From assembly GCA_964252075.1 (NCBI GenBank), contig CAXULY010000027.1, forward strand, positions 1 to 64,000: a stretch of DNA of 64,000 nt, in the 5' to 3' direction. Under the pieces are notes generated by a model. That model ran no database searches. It was not told the DNA's origin and saw nothing but the letters and a program-made list of their open reading frames with translations. Shown here piece after piece: positions 49,240-57,369 of the stretch (position 1 is the first letter of the stretch; each line of letters begins with the position of its first letter). This DNA comes from an uncultured Deinococcaceae bacterium. Lineage in GTDB: Bacteria; Deinococcota; Deinococci; Deinococcales; Deinococcaceae. The translations under genes were made by a program, and so were the position numbers.

Positions 49240-50709
49240 ATGAACGCGAACACTGCACCTGACCTGCCGTCCACCGTCCTGCTGTATCCGGACAATCCCG
49301 CCATGTGGGATGACGCCCTCAGCCGCCTCAGCGCCAGCGAGCTGCTCAGCGGCCTGCAGGGCGATGACGACGTCACCCGCGTGCGGCGCCTGCAGGCGCG
49401 CTTCCTGACATCAGAACCGCAGGAGACGGCGCAGCTGATCCAGGAACTGGAGGGCATGCCGGGCGTGCTCGCGCTGGGCGTGCGCGCCATGATGCTCGTC
49501 GAGCTGCGCGCCCTGGCCGACGTGCGCGCCCTGCACGGCGCGTTCATGCTGACCTCCACGGTACCGCTCGACCTGGAGGGCGCCTGCTACCTGAACTTCG
49601 CCGCCGGCATGCTGGAGCCCGAGGAGCGGCAGGCCTACGCCCTCGAGCACGCCGCGCTGGCCTTCGCGCAGGCCTGCGGCATGTCCAGCCGCGCCCAGCA
49701 CATCGCGCTGGACCTGGAGCGCATCCGCAACCTCCTGGGTGACGGCGACCCGGACCGCATCACGCAGATCCTGAATGCCCGCCCCACACCGGAGGCGCGC
49801 CGGGTGTGGGGGTGCCGCCTGAAGGCGGGCGCCCTGCTGCTGCGCGGCCGCTACCGCGAGGTGCTCGACGTGGTGGACGCCGATCATGACTCCGCGGAGT
49901 TCGCCCGGGCGCTCCTCAACCTGGGGTCACCGCAGGCCTGTGCCGACAACGAATTCAGTGACCTCGCGGCGCTGGTGTGGGCGCTGCGCGGGATGAGCGC
50001 GTGGCCGGTCGACGCGCCAGACGCCCGTTACCGCGGCGCGCAGCCGCACGGGTACGCGCACCTGCTGCGCGCCCTGATCTCGCGGCGCACCACCGGCGGG
50101 TACGTCGCCTACCCGGAGCTGCTGGGGCCGCAGCCGCCGCTCATGCCGGACCAGCGGGTGCTGTGGGCGGCGCTCGCCTGGGAGGCGCTGGTGTTCGGCG
50201 TGGAGGTCGCGCCGGCCGGGGTGGTGCTCGCGGCGCTGCGCACAGGCCAGCAGGGCCTGCACGACCAGCGGCAGGTGGCGCAGCTGCTGCGCTTCCTCTC
50301 GCCGCTCGCGGCGTTCCTGGTGGCGTGCGACCCGCAGGCGCCCGTCGCGTGGATCGAGCAGCGCACCGCGCTGCCGCTGCTGGTCGGGCAACACCTGCTG
50401 TACGGCGCGCAGGAGATCAAGCTGCCGGGCCGCACGAACGGTGCGCAGATCATGGTGATCCGGGCGCTGGGTGAGGAGGCGAGCGTGCAGTGGCACGAGC
50501 GGCGCCGCGTGGAGCGCCAGCTGGAGGCGCTGAACCTGCCGTGCGAACCGATCAACGTGGCGCACGTGCTGCAGGGCCTGCACCTGATGCGCCTGGCGTC
50601 GGTGGGGGAGCAGGCAGCGTGGGCGCGGGCCGTGCGCGCGGCACTCGACCAGATGACCGGCAACAGTGCCCAACGCCTGGCGCGGCGCCGCTTCGAACCG
50701 GAGGCCTGA
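49240..50709 (+). CDS. Helical-repeat (TPR-like) protein, candidate peptide receptor
   Basis: GGAG RBS; Ala/Leu-rich amphipathic helices such as AGALLLRGRYREVL; adjacent peptide gene. Confidence 0.65.
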   Translation: MNANTAPDLPSTVLLYPDNPAMWDDALSRLSASELLSGLQGDDDVTRVRRLQARFLTSEPQETAQLIQELEGMPGVLALGVRAMMLVELRALADVRALHGAFMLTSTVPLDLEGACYLNFAAGMLEPEERQAYALEHAALAFAQACGMSSRAQHIALDLERIRNLLGDGDPDRITQILNARPTPEARRVWGCRLKAGALLLRGRYREVLDVVDADHDSAEFARALLNLGSPQACADNEFSDLAALVWALRGMSAWPVDAPDARYRGAQPHGYAHLLRALISRRTTGGYVAYPELLGPQPPLMPDQRVLWAALAWEALVFGVEVAPAGVVLAALRTGQQGLHDQRQVAQLLRFLSPLAAFLVACDPQAPVAWIEQRTALPLLVGQHLLYGAQEIKLPGRTNGAQIMVIRALGEEASVQWHERRRVERQLEALNLPCEPINVAHVLQGLHLMRLASVGEQAAWARAVRAALDQMTGNSAQRLARRRFEPEA

Positions 50710-50726
50710 CGTTGTGTTGAACTACA

Positions 50727-50755
50727 TGGACATGCTCTTATGACTTCCTTAAACT
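50727..50755 (+). promoter_or_regulatory. Leaderless promoter of the peptide gene
   Basis: TGGACA-17 bp-TAAACT, 6 nt before ATG. Confidence 0.7.
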
Positions 50756-50761
50756 TTACCC

Positions 50762-50911
50762 ATGAAGAAGACCTCTCGTCGGGTGCTGTTTGGCGTCATC
50801 GTGACGGTTCTCGTGGGTGCCGGAGCAGCCTTCGCTGCCGACCAGCTGCAGCAAAACGACATTCCTCATGCGGTGCCGGCCAGCACCTCCACGCCCTGTC
50901 CAAAGTGCTGA
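50762..50911 (+). CDS. 49-aa secreted pro-peptide (absent from the ORF track)
   Basis: MKKTSRRVLFGVIVTVLVGAGAAFA-ADQLQQNDIPHAVPASTSTPCPKC: basic n-region, h-region, AFA cleavage site. Confidence 0.8.
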   Translation: MKKTSRRVLFGVIVTVLVGAGAAFAADQLQQNDIPHAVPASTSTPCPKC

Positions 50912-51026
50912 CGGGGGTTTGGCCTCAGTCCCCACTAAGCGCGCACTAAGTGGGGATGCGTTCAACTGGAACGACCTTAATGTTGAGCTTCCTCGCCCCT
51001 CCAACCCCTGGAGCCCCTGACTCCCG

Positions 51027-51251
51027 ATGACCTTGCTTCCACTGCCGACGTCAGTCTCCCCGTCCGAACGTGCCGCGCTCGAAGCGCAGCTCAGCATCAC
51101 CTTCACCGAAGAAGACGGGCTGCTGATTGGTCACGTCGTCAGTGAGTCGCTGGTCACGCGAGCGCTCACAATTCTCGTCGGTATGCGGTATCCACGCCGA
51201 TCAGCTGACCCAGCACCTTCCCGTTCGCTGGAATTGCCCCAGCGGGCGTGA
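51027..51251 (+). CDS. Small ORF whose 3' end overlaps the repressor gene antisense
   Basis: GGAG RBS; 86-nt convergent overlap. Confidence 0.5.
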   Translation: MTLLPLPTSVSPSERAALEAQLSITFTEEDGLLIGHVVSESLVTRALTILVGMRYPRRSADPAPSRSLELPQRA

Positions 51252-51723
51252 CGTAGAGGTCATCCCCCACCTGCGAGACGATCAGTCCGTGCGTGGGGGC
51301 GTTTTCGTCCACCGTGATGGCGTACCCGGCAGGCACGAGCAGCTGCAGCGGGGCTTTCAGGACCACTTCGTGCACGCCCTCGGGCCGCTTCACGTAGCCG
51401 AGGGGCGGCGGGCGGCGGGTGGTCCAGGCGGCGCGGTAAGCCTCGGGGATGTTGAAGGTCTCCCAGGCCACCTCGTCCGGCATGGCGAACAGGTTGAGGA
51501 GGCGCTCGATGGTGGCGGTCTCCAGCTCCAGAAAGTGGTTCTTGCCGTTCAGGATCTTGGTGAGGTGCACACGGTTCATGCCGGCGACCTTCGCGGCGGA
51601 CGTGACCTTGTTGTACTGAGTACGAATCAGCCAGTACAGCATCTGTTGCCGGTCCGCGTCGGTCTTCACTTCGGCGGGTCGGGCCAGGGGCGGCATGGAT
51701 GGTTTAGGACGCGGCTCGGTCAT
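51166..51723 (-). CDS. CI-like repressor (XRE HTH plus C-terminal beta domain); start uncertain
   Basis: VTSAAKVAGMNRVHLTKILNG HTH; divergent from the cro-like gene; upstream TATACT. Confidence 0.75.
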   Translation of the reverse strand: MTEPRPKPSMPPLARPAEVKTDADRQQMLYWLIRTQYNKVTSAAKVAGMNRVHLTKILNGKNHFLELETATIERLLNLFAMPDEVAWETFNIPEAYRAAWTTRRPPPLGYVKRPEGVHEVVLKAPLQLLVPAGYAITVDENAPTHGLIVSQVGDDLYVTPAGAIPANGKVLGQLIGVDTAYRREL

Positions 51724-51913
51724 CGTTCTGCGCCGAGTATACGCAGCGGATGTAGCCCCGCCCAACATCCGGCGCACCATTTTTGCTTGCTGGACGGTTT
51801 TGTATCGCATCCAGCGTCTGCACTTCTACAGGTTTTTTCGCGTCCGACACATTCTTGGCTCATTTCACCGACCTGAATCCTGGCCGTATTTGTACCTTAT
51901 ATTCTGGACCCGC

Positions 51914-51942
51914 TTGCTACAACTGTCGCCAGTAGCTACACT
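51914..51942 (+). promoter_or_regulatory. Rightward early leaderless promoter with GCTAC/GTAGC sites
   Basis: TTGCTA-17 bp-TACACT, 6 nt before ATG. Confidence 0.8.
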
Positions 51943-51948
51943 CTGCTC

Positions 51949-52302
51949 ATGACAGAGTGGAGCCCCGAGCTACAAAAGCTCCGGCGTCGCGCGCTGAACC
52001 CTCAAAAGCTCGAGGCGGCGCGCATGGCCGCGGGCTTCACGCGCGTCGCCGAAGTGTGCCGCCTGATCGGCATGAGCCGCTGGGCGTACAACCGCTGGGA
52101 GGGCCGCACCCCCAGATCCCACTCCGCTCGCCTCAAACACCCCGACGCCGAGATCGACCCGGAACGCAGCGGCCGCCGCCCCCGCCGCCAGGACCCCATC
52201 ACGCACGTCGACTACGTGCTGATGGTGAACCTGCTGCGGCTCTACCGCGTCGCCTACGAGGACATCACCGACGCCATTCCGGACGAGGCCCCCCAGGCGT
52301 AA
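51949..52302 (+). CDS. Cro-like HTH protein
   Basis: LEAARMAAGFTRVAEVCRLIGMSRWAYNRWEG. Confidence 0.8.
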   Translation: MTEWSPELQKLRRRALNPQKLEAARMAAGFTRVAEVCRLIGMSRWAYNRWEGRTPRSHSARLKHPDAEIDPERSGRRPRRQDPITHVDYVLMVNLLRLYRVAYEDITDAIPDEAPQA

Positions 52303-52637
52303 CCGGATGGTGCCCCCAGTGCGGTGTCTGGTGGGCGCGCAGCATGACAACCGACGACACGCGGACGCCCCATGGCGTCCGGGGAGCCCGCGCCACCGGG
52401 CGACACGAATTCGAGTGGCGGCGCGTTCACGCTGAGCCTCAGCAGGGCCTGGGCGCGCACCACCCCACTGCACACAGGTAAGGCCCCCCAGCGAGGCCCG
52501 GCATAGCCGGGGGCCGACGACCCCATGCCGGAAGGGCAGCGACCGCCGCGAGGCCGGACGCCAGCCACCCCCACTTCCAAACGCCGGGCGGCCCGTGTGG
52601 GCCGCCCGCCAGACTTCCATTTGACCCAGGAGGACGC

Positions 52638-53494
52638 ATGCCACAACCCACCGTGGGCCGCCAGGTTCACTTCGTCGACGCCGATGGCGTGCACCGTTCC
52701 GCCACCATCAGCGACCTCACCCCGGACGCGGCGCGCGTCGACCTGCACGTCCTCATGCCCGACCAGGCGCGGCCCGTGCAGATCATGCACGACGTGCCGC
52801 TCGACGAGGACACCCATTCGCCCATCACCTGGCACTGGCCCGAACGCACGTGACCCGCCCGCTCACCTCGCTGGGGGAGCTGGCCTACCAGCAGTTCAGC
52901 CAGTACGTCCCGCCCTCCAGCACCCTGTGCGCGCCCCTGCGCGTCGCCCCCTGGGCGGAACTCACGCCCGAGCTGCGTCAGCAGTGGGAGCAGGCCGCCC
53001 GGCAGACCCTCCAGACCACCCACCCCGACCGCACGCCGCCCACACCCACCGAACCCCACCCCAGCCAGGCGGAGGTCGACGCCAAGCGCGCCGAGATTCG
53101 CGCCTGGTGGGACGAGATCGTCCGCCGTCCGGACGGCACCCTCGACGAGGACCTGGTGTACCAGGAGCTGGAGACCTTCAGCTTCCTGCTCGACCAGGTG
53201 CCGCGCGTCTACGACGAGGTGACGGGCGGGCGCATCCGCAAGGTCAGCACCTCCGCCTTCGAGGTCATCCACCAGGCCGCCGACGCCATGAACCACACCG
53301 TCGACACGTACCAGCTCGAGGTGCTGTTCGACCTCGCCGAGTGGAACGGGGATGAAGACGACGCCCTGTTCCAGCAGCTGGTGCAGGTCGCGCAGGACCA
53401 GAACCTCGGGGACTTCCGTATCCTGTGGGCGGAGGAGAAAGCCCGGCGCGCGAAGCTCACGGCCCTCGCCGTGGACGTGACAAGCCCCCCTTGA
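52638..53494 (+). other. Two coupled hypothetical ORFs (52638-52853; 52850-53494)
   Basis: AGGAGG RBS; PTVGRQVHF...TWHWPER phage motif. Confidence 0.7.
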
Positions 53495-53539
53495 TCCGCG
53501 CGGTCGTGCAGGTGTCCCGCAAGCTTGAATCGCGACGCG

Positions 53540-54034
53540 TCAGCTCCCGAGGTCGGTCACCAGCATGAGGTGCGACTCCGCGTACCCCCGGCTGGACTCG
53601 TTGTGCAGGATCATGCGGATGGTCTGGAACGCGACATCCATGTGAAATGGTTCGGACACGAATTTCACCCGCAGGCGCACGGCCAATCCCTGCACGGCTT
53701 GATGAAAGGTGGAGTCCGCAACGGAATCACTTTCACCCTGATGCAGGGCGTGCAGCACCGCAGGTGAAAACACCGAGGTGTCCTCCCCACTCTTGAGCAC
53801 GTGCACGTCGGGGAGCTGCGTCACGAGCGGCCCGAAGGTCGTCTCATCCACACCGCGTCCGTACAACTCCACACCTTCGAGCATGACGGGCGTAGACGAA
53901 AGGTTGTACAACCGGAGGTCCTGCAACAGGTCAATGTCATACATGCCAGGCATACGGACCATCGACGCAGTGCGTTGTTGGTATTGCGCCATGAGGAACA
54001 GCCGTTCCTGTTGAGCCATCAGCTTGAGGGGCAT
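53540..54034 (-). CDS. Hypothetical protein
   Basis: Leaderless TAAGCT box; resembles 55446-55877. Confidence 0.6.
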   Translation of the reverse strand: MPLKLMAQQERLFLMAQYQQRTASMVRMPGMYDIDLLQDLRLYNLSSTPVMLEGVELYGRGVDETTFGPLVTQLPDVHVLKSGEDTSVFSPAVLHALHQGESDSVADSTFHQAVQGLAVRLRVKFVSEPFHMDVAFQTIRMILHNESSRGYAESHLMLVTDLGS

Positions 54035-54052
54035 GCCCGAGCTTAACCCGCC

Positions 54053-55027
54053 TCACCAGTTCCGGACTTTGCTCTTGCGCCGTTGCTTCGCGTACTCCAC
54101 GTAAATCTCGGTGCTGGACACCGAGGCGTGCCGCAGGTGCTCGCGCACCTCCAGCAGGTCCCGGGTGTCCTCGTACAGCTTTGTCCCAGCTGTGTGCCGC
54201 AGGCCGTGCACGTGCCGGCGGTCCCACTCCACGCCCGCCCGGGCGCACAGCGCCTCCAGCTGGTTCAGGACGGTGCGGCGCGACCAGCTGGGCAGCACCC
54301 GCAGCCCCGCCGCCTTGCCCAGCGTCGTCCGCCAGCGCTGCAGGACCGCGACCAGCGGATCGCTGGCCTCCACGTCCTGCACCTTGCCGCCCTTGCCGCG
54401 CACCGTGATGAACGGCGGGTCCGACCCCAGGTGCAGGTCACTCCAGTGCAGGTCCGCGATCTCCGACGCGCGCAGGCCGCCGTGCGCGCCGAGCAGCACG
54501 ATCACCGCCTGCTCCGGCGTGGCGGCCGCCAGCAGCCGCTGCAGGTCCGCGTCGCTGTACGGCCTGCGCTTCTGCGTCTTCGGCACGGGGTCCGGCGCGG
54601 GCTTCACATCCGTGAACGGTGCGGCGTCCGTCGCGTTGCACCAGCGGAGCGCGCCGTACAGGTGCCCGGCCGCCGCGAGGCGCACGCGCACCGTGGCGGT
54701 CTTCAGGCCGAGCGCCTCCAGGTGCCGCGCGTAACTGAAGCCGGCGTCCGGGCGGGGCCGCAGCACGGTCTCGCCGCGTTCCCCCAGGTAATCCAGCAGG
54801 CGGCGCACGCCCAGCTCGTAATTTGCGAGGGTGCTCTTTGCCACGCGCGCGCCCTTGTGGCCGCGCGTGATGAGGTACGCCTCGGTGAGCGCCCACAGGG
54901 CGGCGGGGTCCCGGTCGCGCGCCGCCTGCGTCGCCACGCGGCGGCGCTCCCCGTCATCCAGTTCCGCGACGCGCTGCGCCCGCTGCGCGAGCGTCGCGCG
55001 GTGCACCATCACCTCCAGGCCCGTCAT
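54053..55027 (-). CDS. Tyrosine recombinase (integrase/resolvase)
   Basis: GLRASE, GKGGK, HGLRH and LRHASVSSTEIY catalytic motifs. Confidence 0.95.
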   Translation of the reverse strand: MTGLEVMVHRATLAQRAQRVAELDDGERRRVATQAARDRDPAALWALTEAYLITRGHKGARVAKSTLANYELGVRRLLDYLGERGETVLRPRPDAGFSYARHLEALGLKTATVRVRLAAAGHLYGALRWCNATDAAPFTDVKPAPDPVPKTQKRRPYSDADLQRLLAAATPEQAVIVLLGAHGGLRASEIADLHWSDLHLGSDPPFITVRGKGGKVQDVEASDPLVAVLQRWRTTLGKAAGLRVLPSWSRRTVLNQLEALCARAGVEWDRRHVHGLRHTAGTKLYEDTRDLLEVREHLRHASVSSTEIYVEYAKQRRKSKVRNW

Positions 55028-55052
55028 GCCCCCACAGTACAGGAGCCCTTCC

Positions 55053-55376
55053 GTGCCCGAGCTGCCCCCGCCCGCCACGCCCGGCGAGGTCGCGTTCCGC
55101 GCCTTCGCCCTCGCCGCCTACCGGCTCGCCCCGCAGCACCTGAAGTACCAGGCCATCACGCCCAGCGAACGCCAGGGCTGGGAGGCCTGCGCCCAAGCGC
55201 TCGCCGATTACCACGCCAGCGAGATCGCGCAGGGCACCGTGGAGGTCGCGGTGCTCGAGGCGATCACCCAGTTCCTCGAGGCGGTCACGAACGGCGCCAC
55301 GCCCATGCAGGCCTACGTCCGGATCGGCAAGGAGTACGGGGTGCTGAGCGCTCACACCCCTGAACCCGACACGTAA
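55053..55376 (+). CDS. Hypothetical protein
   Basis: AGGAG RBS; resembles the N-terminus of 52850-53494. Confidence 0.6.
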   Translation: MPELPPPATPGEVAFRAFALAAYRLAPQHLKYQAITPSERQGWEACAQALADYHASEIAQGTVEVAVLEAITQFLEAVTNGATPMQAYVRIGKEYGVLSAHTPEPDT

Positions 55377-55445
55377 ACCAATTACCCACAACAGTCCTTG
55401 TGAGCAGAAACCTGATCAAATGGGGGCGAGGGCACCCACCTACCT

Positions 55446-55877
55446 TCAATCCTGTATCTCCACCGAGAGGTGCGGCCTGGCGTTTCCCCAGTTCTCGTAC
55501 GTGAACGTCAGGTGCCTGGTCTCACCCCCGATGAGGACACTCAGGGTGACGTGCCGCAAGCCGTCCTCCGTGTGGAGGGACGCGTCACCCCCCGTTTCTA
55601 CCAGGCGCGCGAGGTCCGATTCGTCCAGCAGCACGCACTTGCTGACGGACGTCAACCGGTGGCGCCGCCAATAATCCGCGCTGCGTTCCGCGCCGTCCTG
55701 ACGCGACCACCGCACGCTGATGCCCGTGAGGACAGCGTCGTCGGGACCGACGTTCACCAGCTCAAGCGCTTCCGCGCGCGCCGTGGTGCCCTCGATGGCC
55801 ACCACGGTGGTGACGGCGAACAGCGCCAGTTCGTGCTGCTGCAGCATCAGGCGGCGGGGCGCGAACGCATCAAGCAT
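55446..55877 (-). CDS. Hypothetical protein
   Basis: ORF resembling 53540-54034. Confidence 0.6.
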   Translation of the reverse strand: MLDAFAPRRLMLQQHELALFAVTTVVAIEGTTARAEALELVNVGPDDAVLTGISVRWSRQDGAERSADYWRRHRLTSVSKCVLLDESDLARLVETGGDASLHTEDGLRHVTLSVLIGGETRHLTFTYENWGNARPHLSVEIQD

Positions 55878-56060
55878 GCGACCCAGTATGCCGCTGCCGG
55901 ACCTCTCGCAGGTGCCGGTCGGGTCGAACCCAGCCAGCGGCGACACCTGGAGTCCGCTTCTCGGCCCACCACCCCCACTCACCGCCGCATCCACCCAGGA
56001 CCGTTGCCGAACGTTTCCACCTGGGAGCGCCCCCGGCCGGAGTCGCGCCCGGCCACCCCC

Positions 56061-56288
56061 TCACCCAGGCACATCCGCTCGAACCGCCGCGCGCGCCCTT
56101 CGCCCCGCGTCCGTGAGGACGTACACACCGGGTGACACCCGCTCGATCAGCCCGGCCTCCAGCAGTCCCTCCATGGCGTAGTCCACCGCGCCGCGCGGCC
56201 AGCGCACCGGCAAGCTCCGCACGAACACATGCCGCTTGACGGCGTCCTCCGGGAAGGCCATCAGCAGGGACTGCTCGTTGCTTCTCAC
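56061..56288 (-). CDS. Small wHTH-like protein
   Basis: LLEAGLIERVSPGVYVLTDAGR. Confidence 0.55.
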   Translation of the reverse strand: MRSNEQSLLMAFPEDAVKRHVFVRSLPVRWPRGAVDYAMEGLLEAGLIERVSPGVYVLTDAGRRARAAVRADVPG

Positions 56289-56347
56289 TGGCCAAGGCTA
56301 CCCAAGGCCACCGCGTCACATGGAGAGCCACCTCCGCTTACCGGATG

Positions 56348-56422
56348 AGGTCCCGCACAGGCAGGGCGCGTTCTTTCACACGGCAACCGCGCCGCCGGTT
56401 CGATCCCGGCCGGGACCCACCA
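56348..56422 (+). ncRNA. tRNA-like RNA lacking a D stem and a normal anticodon arm
   Basis: GGTCCCG/CGGGACC stem, GCCGG-TTCGATC-CCGGC T arm, 3' ACCA. Confidence 0.65.
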
Positions 56423-56477
56423 CCTCTGACGACCCCTCAGAACTCGGAGGACCCATGACGTAGCGACGCCCTCGCGC

Positions 56478-57341
56478 ATGTCTCGCCGTTCACACGTTTC
56501 CCTGCACCGCCGGTTCGGTGGCTCCTCCGGCGGTTCCTGTCGCCCCCAGCCCAGGCCGGTGCAACTCCGGCCGGCGACCCCACAGGAGATCCGCGTGCTG
56601 CCATCCCTCCCCACCCCCACCCGCAGCCCCTTCGACGCCATCCGCCGCACCCACGAGCGCGGCCAGGAGTACTGGAGCGCCCGCGAGCTGCAGCCGCTGC
56701 TGGAGTACGTGGACTGGCGCAAGTTCGAGGACGCCATCGAGCGCGCCCGCGCCGCCTGCGAGAACAGCGGCCAGGACAGCCGCGAGCATTTCGTCCCCGC
56801 CGCCAAAATGGTCGGAATCGGCTCCAGCGCGAGCCGCGAGATCCTCGACTACCACCTCACCCGCTACGCCGGGTACCTCGTCGCCATGAACGGCGACCCC
56901 CGCAAACCCGCCGTCGCGAACGCACAGACGTACTTCGCGGCCAGAACGCACGAAGCGGAACGGCGCGCCCTTGAGCGGCCCAGCGACCCGGTCCTCGCGC
57001 AGCTGCAGCTGCTCGCGGAGGTCCGCACGGAGCAGCTGGCGCTCGCCCACCGCACCGCGGACATCGAGCGGGACACCGCGCTGCTGCGCGCGCGCCTCGA
57101 CGCCGCCCCCATCCAGGGCGAGCAGCGCGGCCAGGTGTTCCGCCTGGGTCGCGAGCTCGGGCAGGCGATCGGCAACTACCGCCGCGCGTGGCGCACCTTC
57201 AACGACCACTTCGGCCTCGCCAGCTACAAGGACCTGCCCGCCTCGCGCTTCGAGGAGGCCTGCCACTTCCTGCGCCTGCAGATCGCGTCCTACACGGGAC
57301 GCGAAGCGCTGCTGGACACCCCACCCAAGGAGCCCACATGA
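56478..57341 (+). CDS. Antirepressor-like protein (DinD/Bro-N plus ORF6C-like C-terminus); start uncertain
   Basis: EYWSARELQPLLEY, YLVAMNGDPRK, AQTYFA; YKDLPASRFEEA. Confidence 0.85.
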   Translation: MSRRSHVSLHRRFGGSSGGSCRPQPRPVQLRPATPQEIRVLPSLPTPTRSPFDAIRRTHERGQEYWSARELQPLLEYVDWRKFEDAIERARAACENSGQDSREHFVPAAKMVGIGSSASREILDYHLTRYAGYLVAMNGDPRKPAVANAQTYFAARTHEAERRALERPSDPVLAQLQLLAEVRTEQLALAHRTADIERDTALLRARLDAAPIQGEQRGQVFRLGRELGQAIGNYRRAWRTFNDHFGLASYKDLPASRFEEACHFLRLQIASYTGREALLDTPPKEPT

Positions 57342-57369
57342 CGCACCCCTCCCGCCCGGCGGTCCTCCC

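Noticed and set aside
49100..52000. DdrO/RDRM radiation-response palindrome at the switch
   Set aside because: No convincing 17-bp match found by eye; a PWM scan would be needed
56478..57341. Host dinD
   Set aside because: Only the N-terminal domain matches; the C-terminus and context indicate a phage antirepressor
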